From contig NC_043003.1 of the NCBI RefSeq assembly GCF_006345805.1, positions 114,142,001 to 114,206,000 on the forward strand: 64,000 nt of DNA. The letters run 5' to 3'. The stretch is from Octopus sinensis. Lineage: Eukaryota. The notes under the pieces are model-generated. The model saw only the letters and a list, made by a program, of their open reading frames with translations. It was not told where the DNA came from and did no database searches. This document shows, one piece after another, positions 13,186 through 26,387 of the stretch (the stretch's first letter is position 1; the number at the start of each line of letters is the position of its first letter). Made by a program: the position numbers and the translations under genes.

Positions 13186-15144
13186 GAAAGGACGGCTTAA
13201 CAGTCAAATATTTATGAAGAACATTGTCTCTGCTAATGTCTAAATATAAACTTCGATATTTTCAGCTCTATTTTTTTCTTATTTCAAAAGAACCGAATTG
13301 ATCACTGTTTAATTATGCAACAGGACCAATGTCATTATGTATAGTTTTGTGTTTTAAACCACTAACTCTCCTAATCCCATAAAACCCTGTAAAAGTCCTC
13401 TCCACTCCTTTAGTCATTTTTTAATTCCTTTACATTCTGTATACAATCTTCTTTCTGTAACTAATCAAAGAAAACAACTCTTCAATAATATCGATATCTC
13501 ATCAATAAAAGCAATAATGCCAATATGTAAAGAGCGTCTTTTACAATATTTTATATCCATAATATAGACATTCATATTATATCACAAATATTTAAGAAGC
13601 TAACTAAACTCCTTAGTATACATTTAGCGAGATGCTTTATCATGCATCATGTATTATCACTACCGGACTATATTACTTTATATTTGTTTCATATGATCAA
13701 GCTCACTACATTTCTGAGTAAATTCTTAGATATACTGATTGATTTCCCTTAATGTTGATAATTGAAATAAAAGACACTTTGCTGCAGAAGTCTAATATAA
13801 CCAAAATATGGTTCTTGCTTTTACCAGCAAAGACCCGATCCTTTCCAGTCATTCTTATTTGATTGGAGTTATCTCGCTTGCTGGTATTTTAGATTCTGAA
13901 TTTTCTTAAAATGAATTCTTTCATGACAATTGTTTGCCTAATCTCAGTTGCTCAAACATTTTCGGTTTCCTTTCTCTATTTATAGTTATCGTAATTCTCT
14001 CTTTAAAGCAATTATAGAATGAAGAAATCTTGTCTGAAAAACAGAAACATGGAGCAGCAGTAGAAATATTAAATGATATGTTTCTGTCACAACTTTTAAA
14101 TAAATATTGTTTGTTTAGATTTCCAGTTTCGCCTCCAAATGAAAAGATGTTTCGCTGAAGAATCTGTCATTTATGACGAGGGAAAAAAGCCCGCTGCGTT
14201 AATGTTAGTTTCTTCAATCTTTGATATATTTTTTTTTACCTATGATGACATCACCACGACTGTTAATGTGATATCATACACAGTCGAGGCGTCATATTCC
14301 GAACAACATCTCAGCAGTTAGCCCTCCTCTTTGAATCACAAACAAACACACAATACAGCATTGTTCAGGGATCAGCAACAGCTCTGTTGTTCAACAGTAA
14401 ATAACCCAAACCACGTCCCCACCAAAGTTCTCCATTGATTCTCAGAGACCTACACTTCAACACATTCCTACCTCTCAACTAAATACAATCTGTTTATTTT
14501 CTCTATTTCCCTTATTCTTATTACGATACATTCAATATCGCTGTATGACAAAATGTGCTCCACCTCTGTGCCACTCCACCCTTCACCTCTGCTCCTAATC
14601 TAGCGTCACTTCCTCAAACACTGCACTAAACTCTTTTATGAATTCTCCCTTCCCAGGACGCATTTCTCAGTACCGGCTCCCTTGTTCTTCTCGACATCTA
14701 CCTACAGAAGTTATAGGTTGAAATAAGACAAGGAAATCGTCTCAAAAATATGCAGAATTAAGGGAAGCTATTTTAGACACAGTCTTTCTTTTTCTCCACT
14801 TTTGTACACAATTCCATGAGTTGCCTGTAATATCTCTGTTGATTCTAAACTTTTCCGGAAATTAGAAAGTTATATCAGTTGTGTTAATATTCCCCTATAC
14901 ATATATACACACGCGCACGAACACGAACGCACATAATTGTATATAATATATACACCTATATTGATTTCCATACATATACAATAAATATAAGCAGATATAT
15001 ATACACACATATACATATATATGTTGATGCATACATACACACATAAAGATATATATATATATATATATTATATTTATATACACAAACACATAGATTACAG
15101 TCTCGTTATGCCAACATATATATATATGTGTGTGTATATATATG

Positions 15145-15209
<65 letters not shown>

Positions 15210-15211
15210 CG

Positions 15212-15242
<31 letters not shown>

Positions 15243-15314
15243 ACACATATATTTATATATATGCATGCAACCAGTTCTCTCTTTCTCTCTACCTACATAT
15301 ATATATACATATAT

Positions 15315-15370
<56 letters not shown>

Positions 15371-16539
15371 TACACGTATACGTACCTGTATGTGTGTGAC
15401 TATCTCTGTATTCATACAGTCTCCACATACAAGCGTAGATGTATTTGTACGTACATACACACTTTATATGTAGAAATATGTGTGTGTGTTTGCGCGCGCG
15501 CGTGTGTGTGCGTAAATATATGTATGTATTCAGGATACATTGGTGCATATCAGAATGCATATGCTTTCACTGTTTCAAATAATTCAATGATATGACTAAC
15601 GCTTTCTTAGTAAATGCTTGGATGGTTGCATAGATATGCAAATATAGTGATATGCAGATATTCGCATCTGCATATGTAGAGAGATATATAAATGGCAATG
15701 TAAATATGCGCTGATTCCGATAGATGTCTTGAACAAATCTTCTTCAGCTTAATTTGGTTACTGCTTCTTAAGTATGTGATGAGCGATACATTTCTGACGG
15801 ATGGATAATCTATGATGGAAAGGTGAGATGTACAAAGAATGAAGAAAGGCAATATGTATATAAAGCATCTGTAGTTAGAGATAATAAATACATACAATGT
15901 CTCCGTGTTAGTTTGCCTCCTTACGTATTTACAGCATTACAAGGAAAGAAAAGTGGTGCAAGATATTAAGCTGGAATATGCAAGTTGGTTGAAAAGAGTT
16001 GAGCAAAGATGGAAGAGAACCGTCAGTGGTTTAAATAATATCAATGATTAGTGCAACAAACTAACAGCTGTCTCACTCGCAACCATCTCCATCACGCCTG
16101 TATAACTCCATGTCTACAGCCAGAACAGAAATACCATACAAAGGTCAACTGACAATGGAAAATTCCGGGATTTCTATCCTACTCCCCAAATATAGCGAAA
16201 CACGCAACGAAGTGGCCATCTGGAGCAATTGATCTTGTTGCTGGAATCTTGTAGTTTGATTCACAACCTACCTACGTGTCAGAAACCTACTGGAACTGAA
16301 GTATTATACAACAACACAAGTTCAACAACAACGGGGAAAAGAATCGACTTGAAATAATAGCCAACCTCCCTCTTTGTTATCTTCAAAAGTTAGGAAATGT
16401 TTATATGCAGAATAAATTAGTATTTGGGGACACTATACTTGAAAAGTTAAACAAAAAGGATAGGATGATTTTGGTTTCAAATACTTTGGTAAAAGATTTG
16501 ACAGCTCAAAGTTGATCTATATTTAAATGATCCTTTCTA

Positions 16540-16700
16540 TTATAGGCACAAGATCAGTAACTTCGAAGTAGGAGGTAAAACTGATTACATCTAGCCCTCC
16601 CCCCCCCCCCCAGTGTTCAACTGGCGCTAATTTTATCGATGCCGAAAGAATGAAAGGCAAAGTTGACCTCAGCGACGGACGAAATAACGCTAACATCCGC
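16540..16700 (-). mobile_element. SINE family 2 variant fragment
   Basis: 'gaaagaatgaaaggcaaagttgacctcagcg' body shared with copies at 26-27 kb and 50 kb. Confidence 0.6.
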
Positions 16701-16704
16701 TAAT

Positions 16705-16706
16705 TA

Positions 16707-16749
<43 letters not shown>

Positions 16750-16802
16750 TATCATTATTATTATTATTATTACTATTATCATTATTATTATTATTATTAT
16801 TA
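16705..16802. repeat. (TAT)n microsatellite
   Basis: Direct inspection. Confidence 0.9.
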
Positions 16803-17698
16803 TAGTTATTGGGTAACTCTGGAATTCTTGAAACAGCTGTCGAGTAAACGAATTACATATTTTCTTCCACGCATTTATTCTGTAATTAAGTGTGATCCAT
16901 GGAAATGATTTTCATATCCAGCCGTTTTCTTTTTATCTCCGTTTCCACTCCATATCTGTTCGATTCGGATTACTCTTCTATCCATTCTTGATGGTGCCGG
17001 CCTTGTCCTGGACGAAGAATTTCGAGCTTATGCTCAAATCCGTTTGAGCACTACTATGTCGTCTTTGAGCAATTACTGTGTGTGTATATATATAGGGAAG
17101 AAGATTTGAAAATGCAGCGGTCTTTTAAAGATGTTTATTGACTTGACTGGTTTCACTTTTTTTTTAATTTTCAAAAGTAAAACGTAAGGCTTTGTGTAGC
17201 TTTTGTTGGATTAAAAAATGGTTAACATAGATGTATTAAAATACAGTGATAGAGTCTTTGACAATGATAAGAAAATGTTAAGAGGAGGCTTTTTGTTTAA
17301 ACAGTTTACATAAAAGTGTTCAAAAGAGGAAATGGAATAAATAAGAGAAAGTATGTATTGCTTAGTCAAAACTTCATCAGAAACCATATTTAAGTATTTA
17401 TACAGAATTTTAGAGGAATGACCAAACTTTTTTCTTTATCTCCAGTTTTGAGATGAAGGAAAAAGTTTGCTCGTTCCTCTAAAATCGTTATAAACTATTA
17501 TAATTTCTGGTTAACATTCGACAAATCAATGCACACTTCCTTCTATCAAATACTGTCTACAAATTCTTTCTGTATATATGCTTCTGAAAATAATGATTTT
17601 TGATGAACTTATAATTAATTATGAATTTATTTCAAAGTAAGGTGATTAAAATCAAAATATCCTTGTTGCTTATTTTGATATATATATATATACGTGCG

Positions 17699-17747
<49 letters not shown>

Positions 17748-17833
17748 AGTTCAGCAAATGAATATGGTACTTAATTTAGATGCACCAGAATTCTGTATGG
17801 TGTTATCCATAAAAATCCGTGGAGTGATTATAA

Positions 17834-18034
17834 TCAAAATAAGCAACAAGAATGACTCCGCTAATTTGGTACGATCGTTTCGTACTACATCATTTTATTA
17901 AATGTTGTAAGTATTACAACAGTCTGTAATTACAGCATTTTAAAACTGTTGTAATACTTACAACATTTAATAAAATGATGTAGTACAAAACGATCGTACC
18001 AAATTACCGGAGTCATTCTTGTTGCTTATTTTGA
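17834..18034. repeat. Near-perfect inverted repeat (90-bp arms, 21-nt spacer)
   Basis: 17834-17923 is the reverse complement of 17945-18034 with 2 mismatches. Confidence 0.9.
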
Positions 18035-18779
18035 GTATATATATATATATATATATATATATTATGGCTAAGTTCTTTTACACGTACCACACTTCCCTAA
18101 ATGGCATTCTAGGAATTAGAAAACTCCATATAACTACTGTTACTAATGCGTAGTAACTCGATCCACAAGAAATAACAGCCAAATCTCCTGCAAATCTTGT
18201 CCTACCGATGTAGATTGAAAAGGAAAAAGGAAATTTTTGCGCCTCGACTTTTGTTTGAAGATAATTCTATTTCATTAGGACTGACGTCAGGCTAAACTAC
18301 AGCATCATAATCTCCATCATCATCATCATCATCATTATCACCAGCATCACAACCGCCATCATCACCGCCACCTCTGCTGTTGCTACTTAAACACAAAACC
18401 AAAATGTTAAGATACCATTTAATACACATAGACCGCCAAACATACACATAAACATTTGCTCGCAGAACACACACCGCTGCCTACTTCATCATCTCCACCC
18501 CGCCTCGCCTCCACCCCCACCGCCTCCTAACATATACAAATTAGTAGATAGACTCTCCTTAATCTCTGCTCCAACGCCCCTCCTCCTCCTCCTACCACCC
18601 AAACAGACATACCAGTCTTATCTGATGCCATTGCTTCCTTTATACACAAATGATAAGAGCCAGCGACCCAATGACTGTCCACTTCAGCGTTTAGTGTGTC
18701 TCCCAGAAACACTTCCAGCTCCCAACCACATTCCCAGAGTACACTCATCTAATAATAATATCACCAATTCTACTACTAC

Positions 18780-18878
18780 CCACCATCACTACTATCACTA
18801 CAACGACCACGACCCTCACCACTACTACAAACTCCATTACTACTGCCACTACCACTGCTACCCCAACTATCACACTTA

Positions 18879-18932
<54 letters not shown>
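18780..18932. repeat. (CTA/CCA)n microsatellite
   Basis: Direct inspection. Confidence 0.85.
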
Positions 18933-18933
<1 letters not shown>

Positions 18934-20439
18934 GCCAATACCAGTTTCCAGTTTAAAGACTAATTAATTGTTCCGTCAATATGCCAACAGTCAGTAAATG
19001 TTTCTGACAAATTAGAAGAAAGATCGGTGAGAAATGGTGGAGATGCGGGGTATACGCGGTGAAGAGGGTATTGAGAAGGGTGGGGGAGTGATGAAAGGTG
19101 GGTGGGAGGGTTAAGGTTTGGATAAAGGGGTCAGATAGAGTAAAGGATGGAAAGAAGAGTGGATAAGAGGTAATCCAAAAACACTGCTAATCTGTATTCT
19201 GCAAGGAATGTAACAATGGAGGTTGTTGTTGTTGTTGTTGTTAGTGGTGGTGGTGACGGTATTGCTTTTAGTGATTTGGTGGTGACATTATTGGTTTGTA
19301 TTGACTAGTTGTGGGTAATGGTGTTGGTTTTAGTGGTAGTGTAGATTATGGTGTAGGCTGTAGTGTTTTGGAAAAGGTAATATCTGTTGAAGTCTTGCTG
19401 GAGAATGGTATTGGTTATAGTGCTGGTGGTGATGATGTTGAGAGTGGTTGTAGTTGTAGTTGTAGTACTTATTGGATCGTTGGTGATTGTAATTCATTTT
19501 GGTAGTAAGAGTAGTGGTTGTAATTACGATGGTATGAGTGATGGCTATTTTAAAAAAAGATAGCATAAGTATAGAATATAGTCGTGGTGCTATATGCTAC
19601 ATAGCTATGGTTGAACAGTTAAGAAATTTGCTTCACACTGAAGATGTCCCTGGTTTAATACCAACAGCGATGTTTCAATTGTTAAAGTTGATCTTTCTCA
19701 TTTCAATGTATTTCTATCAAAGACGTTTGGTAACTGCCTTCACAATCACTGAGTGATTGTCATGGAACTTTTGTGGAAGAATACAAAAGATTTACGGAGA
19801 TGTACTTGCATAGCAAGTGATTTGATCTGAGATCATGTGCTGGAACGAAAACAATTGCAGCGTGGAAGGTGTTTGTAAGCCATTTAAGAAACACACAAAA
19901 GCCGTTCGATTCATTTCAACGTTTAAGTTTAATTTGTCAAAATGTTTTCGTCGCTATAAGACCGCGACCTGTTCACTGACAAAAATGGATGCCAGCTATC
20001 GTCACTTGAGTATTTTGGTAACAAGATACCATCTTTCGGTTCGATACCAACAAGTCCGCTTCCTTTGCGAACGTACTGCGCCAAAATAGATACCGCCAAA
20101 TATTTTGTCCAGCAGGACAAATATCGCCAGCCATATTCGGTCAACAATTTAACAATTCTGATAATCTTCCGCTTTATTTTCTAATTAAACAACCATTAAA
20201 AACCAATATTCAATACCCTTTCGGAATAATAAAACGCTTACGTATTTCTGTATCGAACCGATAAATCGCGCGCGCGTGCATGTGTGTGTATGTATGTGTG
20301 AGAGAGCTAGCGTGTGTATTTATCAAACAAAAATCATCCGTAATCAAAGAGACCTATAGTCAAAGACGTTCCACTCGTGACCATTCAGTATTGTATACAT
20401 GTATAATCATCAACATCATCGACAAGAACATTTCATTTG

Positions 20440-21700
20440 TACCAAAATAGGAATTGAAACCAACAAAATCCAGAGAAAAATCGTTTATGCCGCTCTAAAA
20501 GAATTTCCCAATATCTTATCACCAAGAATTTTCACGATAAAAATATGACGATACAAAATTTCTGACAGAAGATAAAGTTGGGTTCCACGAGGCAACAAAG
20601 AAACTCTTTGACAATCATAAGAGAAATCTATGACACAGCAAATGCTTGGACAATGATAAAATAAGAACCAGATTCAGTAATGACAAATGGGAAAGTTTGA
20701 ACAGAATAAAAGCACTTCGTCCAAATAACATGGCACAGAAGAGCTTAAGGTAAGATGGTACACGGTCGACCAACATTTAGCTTTATATTTGTCAGCTGTC
20801 TCTTCTGAAAAACTGGCAAGTGGCCAATATTTGTCTAGGTTTCGATTCCCAAGAAAAGCGACATCCAGGAATGCAGTAATCACAGAACAATTCTTTCCAT
20901 ATCACACAGCGGTGAGATCCTACTCATAATCATTTCTGAGGAAATCAAGAACTATATTCATAGAGATCTATTCTTCAATATGTACCTAATAATGGTGTAA
21001 AGGAATGATAGCAATGCCCTTGTACATCTGCTTCGTTGACTGGTCAAAGGATCAAAGCATTGGACAACAACACCACTAAACACGCTATATGCTATTTAGT
21101 GGTTTTTCTTTCAAAAAGTACTTTGTTATATAAAGTTCATCCTTCAAATGACATCCGGCAAAACTGATTCATTTTGCCATGTTGCAGAAGTCTGTCAAGA
21201 CTGCATCGTCTCTGCACACTGAGGCGATCATGTGACTATCGATCCCAGACTGAGATACTCAGCTGACACAGCCCTGTCACTCACAGCAGAAGATTATCTA
21301 AATACTACTGAATAAGGTTGTAGAGGTCTCTGCTGAATTTCGATGGCTGATAAATGTCAAAATTAACAAAATTATGGTGATAAGCAAACTTGCAATTCAC
21401 GCTAAAATATCGTGTTGCTCGTAACGCCAAACTAAGTTACACGAACAAAATGTAACAAAGAAATTAAGCAAAGGCTTACGCTACCAAGTTCTGGAACATC
21501 TGGGGAATGGACCAAAGAGCAGTAGTGCCAAGAAATGGCTTTCCAAGAATTTCATTTGACCAATAGTCTCACACAGTTACCAAACACGACGCTTGAAAGC
21601 AATCGACGAAAGGGATTCTTTGGCGTTTGAAATGAAGGACATATAAAAGAACAGAATAAGCAGCGAGGTAATCACCAAAGTGTAAGACATGCTTTCGAGG
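20440..21700 (+). mobile_element. Decayed RTE-clade LINE ORF2 (RT region)
   Basis: Residual IPKKSDIQECSNHRTILSISHSGEILL (about 20865-20930), PLYICFVDWSK and an LRY.ADT-like YADD relic; many stops and indels. Confidence 0.78.
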
Positions 21701-21763
21701 CGGTGATCATTCCGACAGTAACACAATTCCATTGTTGCTTACGATAATTTATACCCTTTTAAT

Positions 21764-21987
21764 CTTTTACTTGTTTCAGTCATGTGACTGTGGCCATGCT
21801 GGAGCATCGCCTTTAGTCGAGCAAATCGGCCCCCCAGGACTTATTCTTTGTAAGCCTAGTACTTATTCTATCGGTCTCTTTCACCGAACCGCTAAGTTAC
21901 GGGGGCGTAAACATACCAGCATCGGTTGTCAAGCGATGTTGGGGGAGACAAACACAGACACACAAACATAAACACACACACACACAC

Positions 21988-22020
<33 letters not shown>

Positions 22021-22183
22021 TGTATATATATGTATATATATGCGATGGGCTTCTTTCAGTTTCCGTCAACCAAATCCACTCACAAGGCTTAGGTCGGCCC
22101 GAGGCTATAGTAGAAGACACTTGCCCAAGGTGTCATGCAGTGGGACTGAACCCGGAACCATGTGGTTTGTAAGCAAGCTACTT
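21764..22183 (-). mobile_element. SINE family 1, near full length
   Basis: Reverse complement of 2195-2582. Confidence 0.85.
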
Positions 22184-22309
22184 TATTTCATAAATATTTG
22201 CCATGAAGGCATTACAAAGAGGGGACGAACAAGGACAGACAAACATAAAAGAGTGAAGTAGCTGTAGCGATTAAATATTTACAATTTAAAAGATACAATC
22301 ATTTAATGA

Positions 22310-22484
22310 ATATGTTACGTTCTGAGTTCAAATTCCGCCGAGGTCGACTTTGCCTTTCATCCTTTCAGGGTCGATTAAATAAGTACCAGTTATACACTGA
22401 GTCGATATACTCGACTTAATTCGTTTGTCTGTCTTTGTTTGTCCTCTCTGTGTTTAGTCCCTTGTGGGTAGTAAAGAAATAGGT
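22310..22484 (+). mobile_element. SINE family 2, head-less copy
   Basis: B-box GAGTTCAAATTCC, body and tail ending 'gtaaagaaatag'. Confidence 0.8.
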
Positions 22485-22870
22485 ACTTCATTTATTTTGA
22501 CGCGTGCTGTTCTTCCCATGTATGTTGGTAGCAGCACCACCTCCTTCGCTTGGGCTTTTTCGGCCGTCTCAAATCTGGTCTCTATTGTTTCATATGCTCG
22601 GCCCCTCACTATGTATTTTATATCTTTCCATATAGGGGCCAGGCATTTTCTATTTCGCACTTTTCGAAGTGCTTGAATTTTTTCGATGAAGGACACTACC
22701 TTTTCTAAACGACTGTCCTTCTCTTCAGATTTTCAGCACTAGGGGAGGGTGAGATCTTTATATCCCCATCCTCCTCTTTCATTCTCTCAAAAAGCTCGGA
22801 GAGCATCTCCGTTTCTATTATAATATTCTCAGAAGTTACAGCGGCTACTGCCGCGAACTTTTTTGCTGGC
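22485..22870 (-). pseudogene. Possible retrotransposon ORF1-like fragment
   Basis: Two adjacent non-repetitive minus-strand ORFs (..YETIETRFETAEKAQAKEVVLLPTYMGRTARVKI..). The identity is a guess with no diagnostic motif. Confidence 0.25.
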
Positions 22871-23131
22871 TCACGCAGCTGGTTCGTTTCTTGGATTATT
22901 TCGACCGACATATTCGTTCGAAATAAATGATACACAATTTAATCCCAGAAAATGGGAAGCCTATAATTTTTTACTTTTTTTTTCTCTCAACGAGGACAAC
23001 AGTTCAAATCCCACCCCCGCTGGGGATGGGGTGGGACGTAACAACAAGGCCTACAACGTTCGAAATTAATTTTTTTTTCCACACAATAATAAAAATAAAG
23101 AATCCCCAAAACGGGAAACCTATAATATTTT

Positions 23132-23673
23132 TATATTTCGGAATGGTCATATTGCCAGTTTAGCCAATAAAAACACACGCACTATATATTTGGTGTTATT
23201 TTGCTTCAGTGATATTTATTTTTTACATTAATCTTAATCTTATTTCGGCCAAAGTTCTTTCGTCACACTCCTGTGACCGCATCAGTGGTCCTTTGTTTTC
23301 TTCTCACTTACTTGTGTCTCTCCTTACTAACCGTCAGCCATTTTATATTTCTATTGTATGTCTTCATTTGCGCATGTTTATATCTCTATGTGCGTCTATG
23401 TTTATTTAGTGTGTGTGTGGAGAGACACAAGTAAGTGAGAAGAAAACAAAGGACCACTGATGCGGTCACAGGAGTGTGACGAAAGAACTTTGGCCGAAAT
23501 AAGATTAAGATTAATGTAAAAAATAAATATCACTGAAGCAAAATAACACCAAATATATAGTGCGTGTGTTTTTATTGGCTAAACTGGCAATATGACCATT
23601 CCGAAATATAACAATATCTGTTTCAACACACGACTTCACATAAAAAATCTTGCACAACAAATATTTAAATGTA
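23132..23673. mobile_element. PLE-like non-autonomous insertion with a perfect 192-bp inverted repeat and a 12-bp TSD
   Basis: Arms 23132-23323 and 23419-23610 are exact reverse complements; TSD ctataatatttt at 23120-23131 and 23674-23685. Confidence 0.8.
23451..23495 (+). ncRNA. Minimal type I hammerhead-like motif, variant core CUGAUGC(G)
   Basis: Helix I CCA/UGG, helix II GUCACA/UGUGAC, GAAA, short helix III AG-AA-CU, CUU triplet; mirror copy at 23247-23291 on the minus strand. Confidence 0.5.
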
Positions 23674-24435
23674 CTATAATATTTTGTTTCCTCACAACGA
23701 GGACAACAGTTCAAATCTCACCCCTGCTAGGGGCGGGTGCCACAATAGAGCCTACAACGGCTAAAATTTAATTTTTCACACAGTAATAAATTAATTATCT
23801 CTCAAATCGGGAAACCTATGATATTTCTTTCCTCTTAATGAAGATAACACTTCAAATCCCAGTCCCGCTGGTTGGGGTGGGGGTGCACGACAATAACGCC
23901 TACAACGGCTTTCATAAGTTCAATATTTCAACACTTCCCGACAGCAAAAATGGCTTTACACAAACAATTACTTTTTCCCGTCACCGGGAAAAAGCACAGA
24001 AATTTTCAAAGTTTCATAGTTCGGCAATGTTCAACAATTCGAAAATATTCAACAATAAGCATTCAACAATTTCAATAGAAAAATTATCCAACGTTCAACA
24101 AAATGTTTGACTCAACGCTAAAAAAAACACGTCTATCCACGACAGAGGTAAGGACAGCTACTTACCACACAGCCACTCCTACGTCTATGTACTTATAGTA
24201 CAAAATGTTTTCAAAAGAAGAATTCATACCGAGAGAAATATTTCTTCAAAATGTTTTCCTTTAAGTTTTACGTTGATCTCAGACTACGCCTGTTTGCTTA
24301 AGCATTTCGCTTCACGACTTACTGATTTGCGGTTTCATAAAACGGTGCGATGCGTTGGTCATGTATTTTCTACAGCAGGCTCGGGCCCCTTAAATTACCG
24401 AATTCTATATTCATGAAATTTGGTAGAGAAAATTG

Positions 24436-24731
24436 GGATCTTTTCACTTTGACCGGCAGATTTTTAAAACAGTTTCTTTGTAACAAAACACTTTTAAACT
24501 TCGTATACTGGTAGAATGTGTCACGTAAACATCTTTTTCTCTTGGTTTTATTGAGAAAATTCTGTAGTTTGTAAGCTATTTCTTGTTAAATTTCTTGCAT
24601 TTCAGCAATTTCAACCAATCAATGACGTCTATTAAAGTGAATACAATTTCTGTGGTTGTTTGTCAAGAAGTTTAAGTGTTTAGTAACAAAGAAATTATTT
24701 TAAAAATCTGCCGGTCAAAGTGAAAAGATCC
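24436..24731. mobile_element. MITE with ~34-bp TIRs and an 8-bp TSD
   Basis: TIR GGATCTTTTCACTTTGACCGGCAGATTTTTAAAA at both ends; TSD gaaaattg at 24428-24435 and 24732-24739. Confidence 0.88.
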
Positions 24732-24759
24732 GAAAATTGCATGGATGACCGAACGCATA

Positions 24760-25018
24760 CATACATATACATGTATACACACACGCTTACACACTCACAC
24801 ACACACATATATATACACACACACACACACATACATACACACACATACACACACACAAAAACACACACATACACACATACACACACACAAACACACACAC
24901 ACATACACACACATACACACACATACACACACACATACACACACACATACACACATACACACACACAAACACACACATACACACACACATACACACACAC
25001 ATACACACACACAAACAC

Positions 25019-25055
<37 letters not shown>

Positions 25056-25066
25056 CACATGCACAT
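24760..25066. repeat. (CA)n/(CATA)n microsatellite
   Basis: Direct inspection. Confidence 0.9.
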
Positions 25067-25269
25067 ATGAGTCTTGTAGAGTAGCTTTCTCTCCGTAACT
25101 TACAAAACCTTTCTGGTTGGTTTACAAATATTATATGTAGTATTACACAGTTTCAGTATATATTCATTAAATTTGGTTGAAATTGTGAGTGTTTGGCCAA
25201 ATCGGATGCGCAAGGAACGCTACTTATAAAAGCCAAAACCTCCCCAGGCGAAGAATTTATCACCACACT

Positions 25270-26062
25270 ATAGACTAGTAGTTAGCGACTTCAGGATCAG
25301 GGTTAAATGGTTGCTCAGAAGACGACAAGCATGGAGGGGAAAAGTCTGGAAGCTTAAAGATCCTGAAAATGGACAGAGATTTAAAGACGTATTACTCGAA
25401 GCCTTCAATGAAATTGAAGGGGATATAGCTTCACATGACATGGAAGACAACTGGAGGTTTCGACGGGATAACCTACCGAGGGCCACTGACCAGATCTGTG
25501 GATAGTGCAAAGTCTCTTCTCGACCCAAGGTAACATGGTGTTGGAAAAATGTTTGACAGGGATATTAGAGAAAAGAAACAGGCTTGGAAGGACTGGAAGA
25601 AAAGTGGTTGCAAGGTATTGTATCAGACAGCCAGAAGAGAAGCTAGGAAACAGGCTTATTTAGCCAGAGGGGAAGCAGATAAGAAAAAAAATTGCCAAGG
25701 TTCTGCGACGTGAGGACCAAAAACTTGAGGTATTTCGTGTCGCAAAACAGTGTGAGAGAGAATCGTGATGTCGTAGGAGAGAAATGTGTCCGCATGGATG
25801 ATGGTTCACTTGCATTAAATGAGGCTGCAAAGAGAGAGGTTTGGAGACGCTAATATGAAAGGTTGCTCAATAAAGAGTCAAAATGGGAGGAAGAGAGTCT
25901 GCCGAATGTCGAACCAAAAGAGGGACGAGCTATCCGAATTGACAGTACCTTGGTAGATAAAGCAATTAAGGGAATGAAGACAGGGAAAGCCCCCGGCCCA
26001 TCAGGAATCACCGCAGAGATGCTCAAAATATCTGGCGGTGTCGACTATAGCCTAGTTACCCG
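25270..26062 (+). mobile_element. RTE-clade LINE ORF2 fragment (EN-RT linker to RT domain 0)
   Basis: Translates as RLVVSDF..KVWKLKD..NWRF..ICG*..VTWCW and ..KAIKGMKTGKAPGPSGITAEMLK; stops and frameshifts present. Confidence 0.85.
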
Positions 26063-26387
26063 TAGAGTTAACCTCTTTTCTATTACTACTATATATATTT
26101 ATATATACAAACATATGCATGAGGTGTCTATATGAGAAAGATGGTACGTGGTACTGCATCCCTAATTAACAAAAGGTAACTCTATTACTTAATAAAGAGA
26201 GAATGACAAAATGTGATTGACTTACGACAGTGCTCCAGTATGGCCTTTATCCAATGTTACAGATCAGTGAAACAATGCCAACTTAAGACAAATTCTTTTA
26301 GTTTTAATATTCCTTAAAAAAGCGGATTAGTGATAATATCAAGCATATCTTTACAGAAGCTCATATTGGTTTGAAAGCAATGCTCAA

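Larger units (their letters stand above)
22920..23925. repeat. Diverged ~140-bp tandem subrepeats interrupted by an insertion
   Basis: 'gggaaacctat...aacgaggacaacagttcaaat(c)ccacccccgctgggg...gcctacaacg' recurs at about 22945-23050, 23110 plus 23690-23760, and 23810-23910. Confidence 0.7.

Noticed and set aside
17355-17385. CTGATGA on the minus strand with a weak hairpin
   Set aside because: GAAA is replaced by AAUA and there are no helices I or III.
19945-19985. GUCGC/GCGAC hairpin followed by GAAAAC on the minus strand
   Set aside because: The upstream core (GUGAACA) deviates at two essential positions; at best a relic.
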